Made by a program: the position numbers and the translations under genes | Part shown: positions 48,341 through 58,474 of the stretch, one piece after another | Layout of the letters: each line of letters starts with the position of its first letter | Numbering within the stretch: position 1 is the first letter of the stretch | Source of the DNA: an uncultured Lachnospiraceae bacterium | GTDB taxonomy: Bacteria > Bacillota > Clostridia > Lachnospirales > Lachnospiraceae | Length of the DNA stretch: 64,000 nucleotides | Reading direction: 5' to 3' | Assembly: GCA_948473115.1 (NCBI GenBank) | Contig: CAOKWI010000004.1 | Location: forward strand, 24,546 to 88,545 | Notes under the pieces: generated by a model | What the model saw: the letters and a program-made list of their open reading frames with translations, nothing else | What the model was told of the DNA's origin: nothing | Databases searched by the model: none

Positions 48341-48661
48341 TCACGCCAGGATCCAAATCACCAATCCGAAGATCACGCTGACCGCCACTGCTTCAACCGC
48401 CAGGCCAAAATGCAGGAATGCGTCATGAAAACGTATCTTGCGCCTTGCGTCCGCCTCATGCTGATCCAGTTCCTTCTGTAGGTCAAAGGCGCCGCCATCC
48501 TCCAGGCGCTGGATTCCCTCCGTAGTCAGATACTGGATGGTCAGTTCCTCCCTGCACTCCCCGCATTCCTCCGCATGCTGGCAAAAGCGCTTCAATTCCG
48601 CATAGGGAAGCTTCTGCGCGATATAGCCGGGAATCAGTTTTTCAAATTCTTTACAATCCAT
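48341..48661 (-). CDS. zf-HC2 (anti-sigma-like zinc finger) membrane protein
   Basis: MDCKEF...HAEECGECREEL; C-terminal TM; GGAGG RBS. Confidence 0.85.
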   Translation of the reverse strand: MDCKEFEKLIPGYIAQKLPYAELKRFCQHAEECGECREELTIQYLTTEGIQRLEDGGAFDLQKELDQHEADARRKIRFHDAFLHFGLAVEAVAVSVIFGLVIWILA

Positions 48662-48817
48662 ATACCATTCCAGCCTCCACACTTTCAGGCAAGCCGTCAA
48701 GGGGGCGATGCCCACTACTCCGGCGGCACAAACAGTCAACAACCCCGCTGCAAACAACGAGGCATCAAGCTTGCATCGCTGCAGAGTATGAAATCACTTA
48801 GTGAGGTCTTTTCGAAC

Positions 48818-50104
48818 TTAGTGATTTCCTTCACACTTTTCAAGAGCCTGAGCGATATCAGCGATCAGATCCTCTTTGTCCTCGATGCCGCAGCTGATAC
48901 GGATCAGTTCAGCAGGCACACCCGCCTCCTTCAGCTGTTCGTCATTCATCTGCCGATGGGTGCTGGAGGCAGGATTCAGACAGCAGGTGCGGGCATCCGC
49001 CACATGGGTTGCGATGGCCGCCATCTTCAGGCTCTTCATGAAAATGCCTGCGGCCTCCCTGCCGCCCTTTAACCCGAAGGAAACCACACCGCAGCTGCCA
49101 TCAGGCAGGTATTTCTGCGCCAGGGGATAATATTTGTCCCCGGGCAGGCTGCAGTAATTGACATAAGCAACCTTGGGATGGCCGGAGAGATATTCCGCCA
49201 CCGCCAGGCCATTCTCACAGTGCCGTTTCATACGTACATGCAGGCTTTCCAGCCCCAGATTCAGGAGAAAAGAGTTCTGGGGACTGGGGATGGCGCCCAG
49301 GTCGCGCATCAGCTGTACCGTACACTTGGTAATAAACGCCCCCTCTTTTCCAAATCTCTCCGCGTATGTTACTCCGTGATAGCTGTCATCCGGGGTGCAG
49401 AGGCCGGGGAATTTATCCCCATGAGCCATCCAGTCGAACCTGCCGCTGTCCACAATGGCTCCTCCAATAGCAGCGGCGTGTCCGTCCATATATTTTGTGG
49501 TGGAATGGGTCACAATATCCGCCCCCCACTCAAAGGGCCTGCAATTGACCGGCGTGGCAAACGTATTATCCACGATCAGGGGCACGCCATGGGCATGGGC
49601 ACATTTAGCAAATTTTTCGATATCCAGCACGGTCAGCGCGGGATTGGCAATGGTTTCACCGAACACAAGCTTTGTGTTATCCCGGAATGCCTCATTGATC
49701 TCCTCCTCGGTCGCGTCGGGACTGACAAAGGTAGCTTCTATTCCCATCTTTTTCATGGTGACCGCGATCAGGTTGAACGTGCCCCCATAGATGGTGCTGG
49801 AGGCCACAATATGGTCGCCGCAGCCACAGATATTGAACAGCGCCATAAAGTTTGCCGCCTGTCCGCTGCTGGTCAGCATGGCCGCCGTACCGCCCTCCAG
49901 TTGCGCAATCTTTGCCGCCACATAGTCATGGGTGGGATTCTGCAGCCTGCTGTAAAAATAACCGGATGCCTCCAGGTCGAAAAGTTTTCCCATATCCTCG
50001 CTGGTATCGTATTTAAAGGTTGTGCTCTGGACAATGGGAATCTGTCTGGGTTCCCCGTTTCCCGGTGTATAACCGCCCTGTACGCATATACTGTTCAATT
50101 TCAT
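48818..50104 (-). CDS. metY: O-acetylhomoserine aminocarboxypropyltransferase
   Basis: YSRLQNPT, SSGQAA, DNTFATP, HSTTKYMDGH, PASSTHRQ. Confidence 0.92.
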   Translation of the reverse strand: MKLNSICVQGGYTPGNGEPRQIPIVQSTTFKYDTSEDMGKLFDLEASGYFYSRLQNPTHDYVAAKIAQLEGGTAAMLTSSGQAANFMALFNICGCGDHIVASSTIYGGTFNLIAVTMKKMGIEATFVSPDATEEEINEAFRDNTKLVFGETIANPALTVLDIEKFAKCAHAHGVPLIVDNTFATPVNCRPFEWGADIVTHSTTKYMDGHAAAIGGAIVDSGRFDWMAHGDKFPGLCTPDDSYHGVTYAERFGKEGAFITKCTVQLMRDLGAIPSPQNSFLLNLGLESLHVRMKRHCENGLAVAEYLSGHPKVAYVNYCSLPGDKYYPLAQKYLPDGSCGVVSFGLKGGREAAGIFMKSLKMAAIATHVADARTCCLNPASSTHRQMNDEQLKEAGVPAELIRISCGIEDKEDLIADIAQALEKCEGNH

Positions 50105-50332
50105 GTCCTTTTTCCTGCCTGCGCGTTGCGACGCGCCCTGGTTCATCGTTGAATACGCATTTTTATCCAACCGTTCCTTGTGCATGATATCAGAAATCTC
50201 TGCATACAAACTCACTTTCCAGTATACACATTCCGGACGGGAAATTCAACAATTTCTCTTTCTAATTTTTACGTGACATTTTCGGTTTTCAGTAGTATAA
50301 TCTGCTCTTAGGAAAAAGAAAGAAAAGAGGAA

Positions 50333-50920
50333 ATGGAAATGAAGCAAAAGAAAAGCGGACTGTTTACAGTGATCTGCGTAGTGGCAGCAATTGCCCTGGG
50401 GGTTCTCCTGAGCATTGTGACAAAAGACAAACCTCCCAAGCTTGCCCTGGGCGGAACAGAACTGGACCTGTCGAATCTGAGAATCTCCGACCTGAATGCA
50501 GCGGGCTTCTACCTGTCCAATAATGACAACAGTATGCCCGGCTCCTCCTTCAAGGAAATGCTCTCCTACTATCAGGGTGATGACCGCGAAATGTCCATGG
50601 GCGGCGTATCTGTGCTGAACCGTTCCAGCAGCCAGACGCCCTACGTCAAATGCGAAGTCTTTGAGATTGCCGCAAAGTCCAGGGATAAAGAGGGAAATCC
50701 CACGGGGCTCCAGGCCACCTATGAGGGAGAGGAATTTTTCGGGAAAACGAGGGAGGAACTGATCGCCCTCTTCGGGGAACCGGCGGACAGCGATTCCTCC
50801 GACAAGCTGGTATACCGGACGAAAAGGAACCAGTACAGAACCGTTTTTTATTTCGATTCCAAAACGGATGAATGCTACCGGCTGGAAATCTATCGCCACG
50901 AGGACAATCTGGTCAGGTAA
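50333..50920 (+). CDS. Hypothetical membrane-anchored protein
   Basis: 195 aa with N-terminal KKK plus TM; GAGG RBS; GC3-rich codons. Confidence 0.75.
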   Translation: MEMKQKKSGLFTVICVVAAIALGVLLSIVTKDKPPKLALGGTELDLSNLRISDLNAAGFYLSNNDNSMPGSSFKEMLSYYQGDDREMSMGGVSVLNRSSSQTPYVKCEVFEIAAKSRDKEGNPTGLQATYEGEEFFGKTREELIALFGEPADSDSSDKLVYRTKRNQYRTVFYFDSKTDECYRLEIYRHEDNLVR

Positions 50921-51066
50921 AAGCGTGAAAAGAATTTCCAAGACGCCAATAGGGGGCATAGCCCACCTCTTTAGTACGTCGTCTAAGAATTTCTAAATCT
51001 CACACTGAAGAATGCCAAGGTCGGGCATTCTTCTCATTGAATGTTCGTGCCGCCGAGGACGGCATT
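50921..51066 (+). repeat. Dispersed palindromic repeat A, copy 2
   Basis: Aligns with the reverse complement of 28491-28634. Confidence 0.9.
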
Positions 51067-51080
51067 CTTCTCATTAAGTT

Positions 51081-51112
51081 GGGCAGCCTGCAACAAACAG
51101 GCTGCCCTTTTT
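51081..51112. terminator. Terminator hairpin
   Basis: GGGCAGCCTG/CAGGCTGCCC followed by TTTTT. Confidence 0.75.
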
Positions 51113-51138
51113 CAACAAGATCTTTTTCCAATCTCTTA

Positions 51139-52140
51139 TCAGTCTCCGTCCTGAACCACCACTTCCCTGTAGAACTCGGCGTAATCCGTCCGCTTCTCCT
51201 TCGTAAACTGGATCGCTGTCCTGGGATGCTGGTTTAACAGACCGGTCATCAGGTATTGCAGATCATATCCCCATACCACACCGTCCTCTTTCAGCTTATT
51301 CATATGAGAATCTATGAACTGGATGGCAGGATATACATTATACTTGGGATTTCTCAGGAAGCCCAGCAGAAGTTCCATTGCGCAGTTCCCTGCTCCCCGT
51401 CCCATGGAGGAGTACGTAGCGTCCAGCCAGTCCACACCGTCCCCCACCGCTTCAATCGTGTTTGCAAAGGCAAGCTGCTGGTTATTGTGGGCATGAATGC
51501 CAACCTTCTTACCGTACTTTGTGGCAATATTCACATAGAGATCCGCCAGCCGCGCCACCTGCTCCGGATACATTGCACCGTAACTGTCCACAATGTACAG
51601 CACGTCCACGGGTGTCTGCGCCAGGATCTCCAGCGCCGCCTTCAGATCCCCTTCCTGGGCATTGGAAATTGCCATGATATTGCAGCTTACCTCATATCCC
51701 TTTCTTGCGGCATCCTCGATCATATCCACCGCCGTCGGGATCGCGTTCAGGTAGGTAGCCACCCGGATCAGGTCAATGGGACTGTCGGCGCGGTCAATGA
51801 TGTCTGTCTTATAATCACATCTTCCCACATCCGCCATCACCGCGATCTTTAAATCAGTGGCATTTTCGCCCACAATGGCCCTAATGTCTTCATCATTACA
51901 GAACTTCCACTTTCCGAACTTTTTCACATCAAACATTTCCCTGGACGCCTTATAGCCAAATTCCATATAATCCACGCCTGCACGCAGATTCGCCAGATAC
52001 AGCGCCTTGACAAATTCATCCGTAAAGCGGAACTCATTGACAAGTCCTCCGTCACGCAGCGTTGCATCCACCACCTTGATATCAGGGCGATACGAAATTA
52101 AATTTGATATCTCTTTCATAATCCTCTTCTCCTCTTGCAT
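51139..52140 (-). CDS. DRE-TIM metallolyase (4-hydroxy-2-oxovalerate aldolase-like catalytic domain)
   Basis: DATLRDGG, YIVDSYG, GIHAHNNQQLA, MGRGAGN. Confidence 0.85.
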   Translation of the reverse strand: MQEEKRIMKEISNLISYRPDIKVVDATLRDGGLVNEFRFTDEFVKALYLANLRAGVDYMEFGYKASREMFDVKKFGKWKFCNDEDIRAIVGENATDLKIAVMADVGRCDYKTDIIDRADSPIDLIRVATYLNAIPTAVDMIEDAARKGYEVSCNIMAISNAQEGDLKAALEILAQTPVDVLYIVDSYGAMYPEQVARLADLYVNIATKYGKKVGIHAHNNQQLAFANTIEAVGDGVDWLDATYSSMGRGAGNCAMELLLGFLRNPKYNVYPAIQFIDSHMNKLKEDGVVWGYDLQYLMTGLLNQHPRTAIQFTKEKRTDYAEFYREVVVQDGD

Positions 52141-52310
52141 ACACTATTCAGGCCACTTTCCCCGAATCTGTCTTTGATTTTAGCAGTTTAAAGTGTAAAA
52201 GTCAATATTGTTTCCGGGTAATTACAAAAATAATGCTTACACTTCATACAACAGAATTTGTCCCCAGATTGCGTCCTGAACCGCCTGTAGAATCCAAAAT
52301 CCAGCCCATA

Positions 52311-52425
52311 ATCAAAGGCCCCGCAGCAAGCTGCAGGGTCTTTGACCCTCGCGGTATTCGCCAACTATCCGTGCAAGCAGCGGCATAAAGTCAGCCATGC
52401 TGACTTGGCTCATTGCTCGCGGGAA
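52311..52425 (+). repeat. REP-like hairpin (CCCCGCAGCAAGCTGCAGGG) fused to repeat C, copy 2
   Basis: TCAAAGGCCCCGCAGC-AA-GCTGCAGGGTCTTTGA hairpin followed by repeat C at 52348-52425. Confidence 0.8.
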
Positions 52426-52507
52426 AAACCATTCCCTATTTCACAAAAATCAGCTATAATGAAAAAGAGTCCCCGGATATCCGCAATTTATGTATGAGGT
52501 AATTACT

Positions 52508-53773
52508 ATGTTAAGCAAAGAACAAAGGAGAACCATCCAACACAATTTCCACCGCATGATCAGCGCTGTCAAATGGGTGATCTTCTCCATTCTTTCCGGT
52601 ATCCTGATTGGTTCCGTCGGCACATTGTTCGATAAGGCCATGACTTTCGTCACCGGCGCGCGGGCAGACCACCCGTGGCTGATCTGTCTGCTTCCCGTGG
52701 GAGGATTGGCTATTGTTGGTTGCTATTACCTGCTCCATGCCCAGAATGACGCCGGCACGAACCTGGTCATTTCCGCTATTCAATCCGGCGACCATCTGCC
52801 TGTCCGGTTGGCTCCGCTGATCTTCCTTTCCACCCTGACGACCCATCTGTTGGGCGGTTCCGCAGGACGGGAAGGGGCTGCGTTACAGCTGGGCGGCAGT
52901 CTCGGAAGCGGTCTCGGAAGCCTGCTCCGTTTGGATGAGAAGGACAAGCATGTGATGATCATGTGCGGCATGAGTGCCGCCTTTTCCGCGCTCTTTGGCA
53001 CGCCTCTGGCGGCTGCCATTTTTTCCATGGAGGTAATCAGCGTGGGAATCATGTATTACTCCGCGCTGGTTCCCTGCGTGATCGCATCCCTGGTGGCCCA
53101 CGGCATCGCCTCCATGGCAGGTGCGGTGCCGGAGACCTTCGTCATCTCGCAGATACCGGATTTTACCGTGATATCCGCTGTCAAAATATCCGTTCTCGCC
53201 ATTCTGTGCGCATTGGTAAGCATCCTGTTCTGCGTCACCCTGCACGGGACGGAGCACCTTTACAAAAGATTCCTGAAGAATCCGTTCCTGCGGGTGTTCG
53301 CGGGCGGTTGTATTGTGGTGCTGCTTACCGCCCTTGTGGGGGATCAGACCTACAACGGTGCCGGAATGGATTTCATCTCGCGCTGTATGGAGGAAGCCAC
53401 GGTGCGCCCTGAGGCGTTTCTGGTAAAAATCCTTTTTACCGCTGCTACGCTGTGCGCAGGCTTTAAGGGCGGCGAGATCGTCCCTTCCTTCTTTGCGGGA
53501 GCAGCCTTCGGATGCCTGTTCGGATGCCTGACAGGCTTCTCTCCCACCCTCTGTACAGCTGTAGGCATGATCTCCGTATTCTGCGGTGTCACAAACTGCC
53601 CCATCACTTCACTCTTGATCAGCTTTGAACTGTTCGGGTACACAGGCGTTCCCTACTTCCTGCTGTCCGTTGCTTTCAGTTATATGTTGTCCGGTTATTT
53701 CGGGCTTTATCACAGCCAGAAGATCGTCTACTCGAAATTTAAGACAAACTATATCAACCGGAAGACATCCTGA
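52508..53773 (+). CDS. CLC family anion channel/transporter
   Basis: GGSAGREG, FGTPLAAAIF, GFKGGEIVP, TNCPITS; many TMs. Confidence 0.92.
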   Translation: MLSKEQRRTIQHNFHRMISAVKWVIFSILSGILIGSVGTLFDKAMTFVTGARADHPWLICLLPVGGLAIVGCYYLLHAQNDAGTNLVISAIQSGDHLPVRLAPLIFLSTLTTHLLGGSAGREGAALQLGGSLGSGLGSLLRLDEKDKHVMIMCGMSAAFSALFGTPLAAAIFSMEVISVGIMYYSALVPCVIASLVAHGIASMAGAVPETFVISQIPDFTVISAVKISVLAILCALVSILFCVTLHGTEHLYKRFLKNPFLRVFAGGCIVVLLTALVGDQTYNGAGMDFISRCMEEATVRPEAFLVKILFTAATLCAGFKGGEIVPSFFAGAAFGCLFGCLTGFSPTLCTAVGMISVFCGVTNCPITSLLISFELFGYTGVPYFLLSVAFSYMLSGYFGLYHSQKIVYSKFKTNYINRKTS

Positions 53774-53938
53774 CAAGCCGATCCAAGCCGATCATGCTGC
53801 TGCGCGCTCCGTGACCGGCAGCATATGCACAGATATGAAATGCAGCACTAATCATCCTTTTTCCAATACCATCTGTCCCGTCCGTCTTTACAATTCTGCA
53901 CATTTTCTTTTATAATGACCCCGTGAGGAGGAATATCC

Positions 53939-54640
53939 ATGATCGTCATAGGAATCTGCGACGGGGAGCAGACCGTGCGAAGCCTGCTGGCCGGCTTTGT
54001 GGAACGCTACATGGCCGAGACCGGCGTGGAGATCCGGCTACTCTCTTACAATACAGGAGAAAAACTCCTGCAAAATTATATATTGGAGATGGATCTGATC
54101 TTTCTGGAAATCCCTTTTCGGAATATCAGCGGACTGAGAATCGCAGAGCACATTAGAAAGCTGGATTCCCAGGTCCGCATTGTCTTTCTCACCACAGTCC
54201 TCACCTACGTGCTGGAGGCTTACGACGCGGGCGCCAGCAACTATCTGTTGAAGCCCTTAAGCTACGCAAGATTCTGTCGGGAGCTGTCTCACACAAGGGA
54301 GGAAAAGGGAAGCTTTGAGTCCCTCTCCTTCCTGGAGGAAAGCAAAAAAGGACTATATAAAGTCTATTTTCACCAAATCCTGTATATAGAGACCAGCGGG
54401 AAAAAGACACTGATCCATACCTGCCAGGAAGATATTCCAAGCAATAAGCAGATGAAGCAGCATGAACAGCTTCTCTCCCACTCCTCCTTCGTCCGCTGCC
54501 ATGCCAGCTACATTGTCAATCTACGCTATTTCCAAAAGCTGGAAGGGAGCAGCCTGAAACTGACCGACGGTTCCGTACTCCCTGTAAGCAGAAACCGCAG
54601 GCAGCTTGTACTTGCGCGGATAAGGGATTTATATGGCTAG
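53939..54640 (+). CDS. LytTR family response regulator with an atypical receiver domain
   Basis: Receiver fold with CDGE and FLEIP (Glu at the phospho-Asp position), YLLKP; LytTR FVRCHASYIVNL, VSRNR. Confidence 0.9.
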   Translation: MIVIGICDGEQTVRSLLAGFVERYMAETGVEIRLLSYNTGEKLLQNYILEMDLIFLEIPFRNISGLRIAEHIRKLDSQVRIVFLTTVLTYVLEAYDAGASNYLLKPLSYARFCRELSHTREEKGSFESLSFLEESKKGLYKVYFHQILYIETSGKKTLIHTCQEDIPSNKQMKQHEQLLSHSSFVRCHASYIVNLRYFQKLEGSSLKLTDGSVLPVSRNRRQLVLARIRDLYG

Positions 54641-54685
54641 TACACTGATATCGATTCAATTTACCAAAAGAAAGGAACCGATTTC

Positions 54686-56569
54686 ATGCAAAGAAGGCAT
54701 TCTGAAACGCCCCGTAAAACCACACATCATAGAATACGCCTACAGGCGATAAAAGAAAATTGCACCGTGCTGTTCTGGGCTCTACGGCTGGCCTTCCATA
54801 TCAGTCCGGCAGTTCTGACCTTCTGGCTCCTGCTCAGCGGACTGCTGGCTCTTCTGCCCTCCGCCGCCCTTTTCTATAACAGACAGGCTGTGGCGGCCCT
54901 CTCCGGTTTCCTCGCCACAGGCCGTGGCAGCTTTGAAGACATTGCCGCTCCACTTGTCATACTGGGAATCCTCCTGACGGTAAACGGACTGTCAAAGCGT
55001 GTCAACGGAGCCCTGATCTATGCGGTCATGTACGACCGGTACTATTTTGGTATGCAGGAATACATGATGGACTGTATCCGCAAGGTTGACATGAAAACAT
55101 TGCTGGATAAGGAGTTTTATGACGATTATCAATATTGTCTGTACCGCTCCGGCGGTCTCACGGATCTGTTGAGCAGCGGATGCGTCCTGATCATGAAGGG
55201 GATTACGGTTCTGTCCCTGGTGGTCACAGCCTTTACGGTGTCCGTTCCCGTGGGAATTGTTGCCGCCGTCTGCTTTATCCTGACCCTTTTGCTGAATATC
55301 CGCTTTTCTTCCCGGCTGGTCATTGACAATATCAAATATAAGCCCCTCCGGACAAAGGCCGCATATTACAGCGGGGAACCAAAAAAGCCTGGCGTCGCAA
55401 AAGAACTGAGGATCTATCACAATCAGGAAAAGATCCTTCAAAACTGGAAACAGACTTATCAGGAAATGATCGGTTTCGATATCCGCGTCGACCGCGCAAG
55501 AATATTTCTTTCCTCTCTGATGGGAGGATGCATATATCTCTCCATATTCCTGATGCTGCTTTATTCCGTATATCATGTGGCGCTGGGCAGCCTGCAGGTC
55601 GACGCTTTCCTGATGATATATCTGCTTGGTGAGAACCTTTCCGACTCTGTAAAAGCGCTCTCCGAGCATCTGTTTGAAGCCCTCCGCGGCCTACAGGCCC
55701 TCACACTGCAGCATCGTTTTCTGACCCGCGTTCCCCAGGGACAGACACGTCTGTTAAATCAGGAGGCCATCCTGACAACAGCCGACAGACAGCAGGCATT
55801 TTCAGATATCGTGTTTGAGGGAAGGGATCTAAGGTTCTCCTATGATGGGAAAAAGGAAGTCCTGCACGGACTGGATTTCCAGATTAAAAGAGGCGAAACC
55901 ATTGCCCTGGTAGGCAGCAACGGCAGCGGAAAGTCCACCCTGGTAAAGCTTCTGGCGGATCTCTACCGTCCGGATGGAGGAGAACTCCTATTCTATGGAA
56001 GAAACTATGAGGATTACCCCGAGGGAAGCGTTAACCACTTTATCGGTATGTTCTTCCAGAACTTTTATCTATTCCATCTGACACTGCGGGAGAACGTGGG
56101 CTTTGGTGACCTGAAGCATTTAAAAGAGGATTCCCTGATTCAGGCGGCGCTGAAAAAAGGCGGCGCGCTCCCCCTCCTGGACAGATTTCCAGAAGGGCTG
56201 GAGCAATGGCTGAAAAAGGATGTTCGAAAGTCCGGTATGATTTTGTCCGGCGGAGAACAGCAAAAGGTTGCCGTATCCCGTACCCATATGTGCGACAAGG
56301 ATATTTTGATCTTTGACGAACCTGCTGCCGCCCTGGATCCCATTGCTGAAATGGAACAGTTTCGGAATATCCGGGAAAAGACAGAGGGGCGGACTGCCAT
56401 TCTGATCAGCCACAGGGTGGGCTTTGCCCGCATGGCCGACAGGATCTTCGTTCTGGATAACGGTAATCTGGCAGAGACAGGCACCCATGATGAACTGATG
56501 CAAAAAAACGGCGTCTACGCAGACTTTTTCCGCAGTCAGGCGCAATGGTATCAACAGGAGGCAAATTGA
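54686..56569 (+). CDS. ABC exporter, fused TMD-NBD, subunit 1
   Basis: GSNGSGKST, LSGGEQQK, IFDEPAAALDP, ISHR; AKELRIY. Confidence 0.93.
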   Translation: MQRRHSETPRKTTHHRIRLQAIKENCTVLFWALRLAFHISPAVLTFWLLLSGLLALLPSAALFYNRQAVAALSGFLATGRGSFEDIAAPLVILGILLTVNGLSKRVNGALIYAVMYDRYYFGMQEYMMDCIRKVDMKTLLDKEFYDDYQYCLYRSGGLTDLLSSGCVLIMKGITVLSLVVTAFTVSVPVGIVAAVCFILTLLLNIRFSSRLVIDNIKYKPLRTKAAYYSGEPKKPGVAKELRIYHNQEKILQNWKQTYQEMIGFDIRVDRARIFLSSLMGGCIYLSIFLMLLYSVYHVALGSLQVDAFLMIYLLGENLSDSVKALSEHLFEALRGLQALTLQHRFLTRVPQGQTRLLNQEAILTTADRQQAFSDIVFEGRDLRFSYDGKKEVLHGLDFQIKRGETIALVGSNGSGKSTLVKLLADLYRPDGGELLFYGRNYEDYPEGSVNHFIGMFFQNFYLFHLTLRENVGFGDLKHLKEDSLIQAALKKGGALPLLDRFPEGLEQWLKKDVRKSGMILSGGEQQKVAVSRTHMCDKDILIFDEPAAALDPIAEMEQFRNIREKTEGRTAILISHRVGFARMADRIFVLDNGNLAETGTHDELMQKNGVYADFFRSQAQWYQQEAN

Positions 56570-56572
56570 CAG

Positions 56573-58474
56573 ATGAAACAGAAAATTACATGGAGATCGC
56601 TATGTCTCGGCATGAAGATCAAGGGAACGTTTTCTATCATCATCGGTGTCCTTGGGGTGCCTGCCGCCTTTCTTCCACTGTTGCTCTCAAGAAGGCTGCA
56701 AGGGCTGACAGATGACCTCATGCTCCTGACTACGGGGGAGCATCCTGGGTCCGCAGACCCAATGACGGATCTGCTGTGGCTGGGAGGGATTTTCCTTTTA
56801 CAGCTTTCGATGAATCTTTTACTGGATTATGTGGAGATCAACGACAGATATCGCACACTGGTCTATGTGAAAGAGCAGGTATTAAGACAGGTCTGCAGCG
56901 TCCATTACTCCTATCTGGAAAACAGGGACGATTTTCACAAACGGATCGAATTTGCCGACTCTCAGGCAAGCGAGGAAATGGCCAAAAGCATCCAGGGAAT
57001 GTTCTCCGCCCTGTATCAGCTTATTATTTTCCTCAGCACCGGCGCCGCCCTGTGGGCCGTACAACCGATGCTGGTGTTCGTTCTGGTATCCACCTGTGTT
57101 CCGGCCGTTGTCCTGTCCTATCTACAATCTGACGAAACCTTCCGGTTCCGCACCAAATGGATGGAGGAGGGCACCCTGGCCATCCATCTGTTCCATCTCT
57201 GCGCCTCCTCAGACCATGGCATCCAGGAGGTTCGCCACTATGAGCTGGGAGATTACCTGAAAGCCCGCTGGCGCGCCATGGCAGACACCTATATTCAAAA
57301 GAAAAACCGGCTGGTCGCCAAGCATCTGCGCTATAATATAGGGGCGGACTTCCTGCGCAGCGGCATCTATCTGATCGTACTGCTTGTAACCGCCCGGGCA
57401 ATCTACCAAAATCCCGCCCTGGGACTTGGGGTCTTCACTCTGGTGTACACTCTGTCCAGCCGGATGCAGCAGGCTACCGGCAATATTTTCACGAGCATAA
57501 TGCAGTTTTCCGCCAGCCAGGCCTACAGGAAAGAGTTTTTTTCTCTGGACGATCTGGAGCGGGATGAGAAAAGCAACGGGACGCAAACACAGCCTGACGG
57601 GAAAAGCAGACATGACAGACAAATCAGAAGCAGCGGGCAAGGCCGAAATGACAGGCAGGTTCGAAGCATCATACAAAAAAATTCGAACAGAACAGGCGAT
57701 CACAGGGAGCCAGATGCACAGGGATATGACATCGAGTTTAAACATGTGTCCTTCACCTATCCCGGCACTGACAGGGAAGTGCTGCATGATATCACTCTGT
57801 CCATCCGCGCCGGGGAAAAGATTGCCATTGTGGGAGATAACGGTTCCGGCAAATCCACTTTCATCAGTCTTCTCACAGGAATGCTGACCCCAGATCAGGG
57901 TGAAGTGCAGATCGGCGGCCTGAATATGGAGACGCATAAGCCTTTGCTCCGCCGGAATCTATCCGTAGTCTTTCAGGATTTCGCCCATTATGAAGCTAAT
58001 CTCAGGGATAATATTACTGTTTCCGATGCTGCCCGCCGTCTTTCCGACAGCGAGATTCTGGAACTGGCCAGACAGATTCATGTGGAAGATGTGATTATGG
58101 AACAGCCGGAAGGTCTGGACGGAATGCTGGGACATCTGAGTCAAAAGGGAAATGACCTGTCCGGCGGCCAATGGCAGAAAATCGCCCTTCTGCGGGCCGT
58201 TTACCGAAATCAGGCAAATATCCTGATCCTTGATGAGCCTGCTGCCGCTCTGGATCCCATGGCCGAGACACAGCTATATCGGGATTTTTCCCAGATCACC
58301 GGCGAAAAGACCACGCTCCTGATCTCCCACCGCCTGGGCATCACCAGTCTGGTTGACCGAATCCTGGTCTTCCGGGACGGGCGCATCATAGAGGACGGCA
58401 CCCATCAGGAACTCATGGCGAAACAGGGACATTATCACTCCCTGTACCAGGCCCAGGCCAAATGGTATCGGTAA
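56573..58474 (+). CDS. ABC exporter, fused TMD-NBD, subunit 2
   Basis: GDNGSGKST, LSGGQWQK, ILDEPAAALDP, ISHRL. Confidence 0.93.
   Translation: MKQKITWRSLCLGMKIKGTFSIIIGVLGVPAAFLPLLLSRRLQGLTDDLMLLTTGEHPGSADPMTDLLWLGGIFLLQLSMNLLLDYVEINDRYRTLVYVKEQVLRQVCSVHYSYLENRDDFHKRIEFADSQASEEMAKSIQGMFSALYQLIIFLSTGAALWAVQPMLVFVLVSTCVPAVVLSYLQSDETFRFRTKWMEEGTLAIHLFHLCASSDHGIQEVRHYELGDYLKARWRAMADTYIQKKNRLVAKHLRYNIGADFLRSGIYLIVLLVTARAIYQNPALGLGVFTLVYTLSSRMQQATGNIFTSIMQFSASQAYRKEFFSLDDLERDEKSNGTQTQPDGKSRHDRQIRSSGQGRNDRQVRSIIQKNSNRTGDHREPDAQGYDIEFKHVSFTYPGTDREVLHDITLSIRAGEKIAIVGDNGSGKSTFISLLTGMLTPDQGEVQIGGLNMETHKPLLRRNLSVVFQDFAHYEANLRDNITVSDAARRLSDSEILELARQIHVEDVIMEQPEGLDGMLGHLSQKGNDLSGGQWQKIALLRAVYRNQANILILDEPAAALDPMAETQLYRDFSQITGEKTTLLISHRLGITSLVDRILVFRDGRIIEDGTHQELMAKQGHYHSLYQAQAKWYR

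Noticed and set aside
48735-48786. GTCAACAACCCC motif (also at 40502) suggesting an IscB/HEARO element end
   Set aside because: Only a 12-14-bp match; no iscB, tnpB or tnpA gene and no extended RNA structure follows; kept only as a possible repeat module
50105-50330. SAM riboswitch or T-box upstream of metY
   Set aside because: No S-box core (ATC.AGAG...GGCAACC) or T-box motif found; the region looks like divergent promoters
52430-52507. Fluoride riboswitch upstream of the CLC gene
   Set aside because: No GGCGATG...TGATG-type consensus is visible
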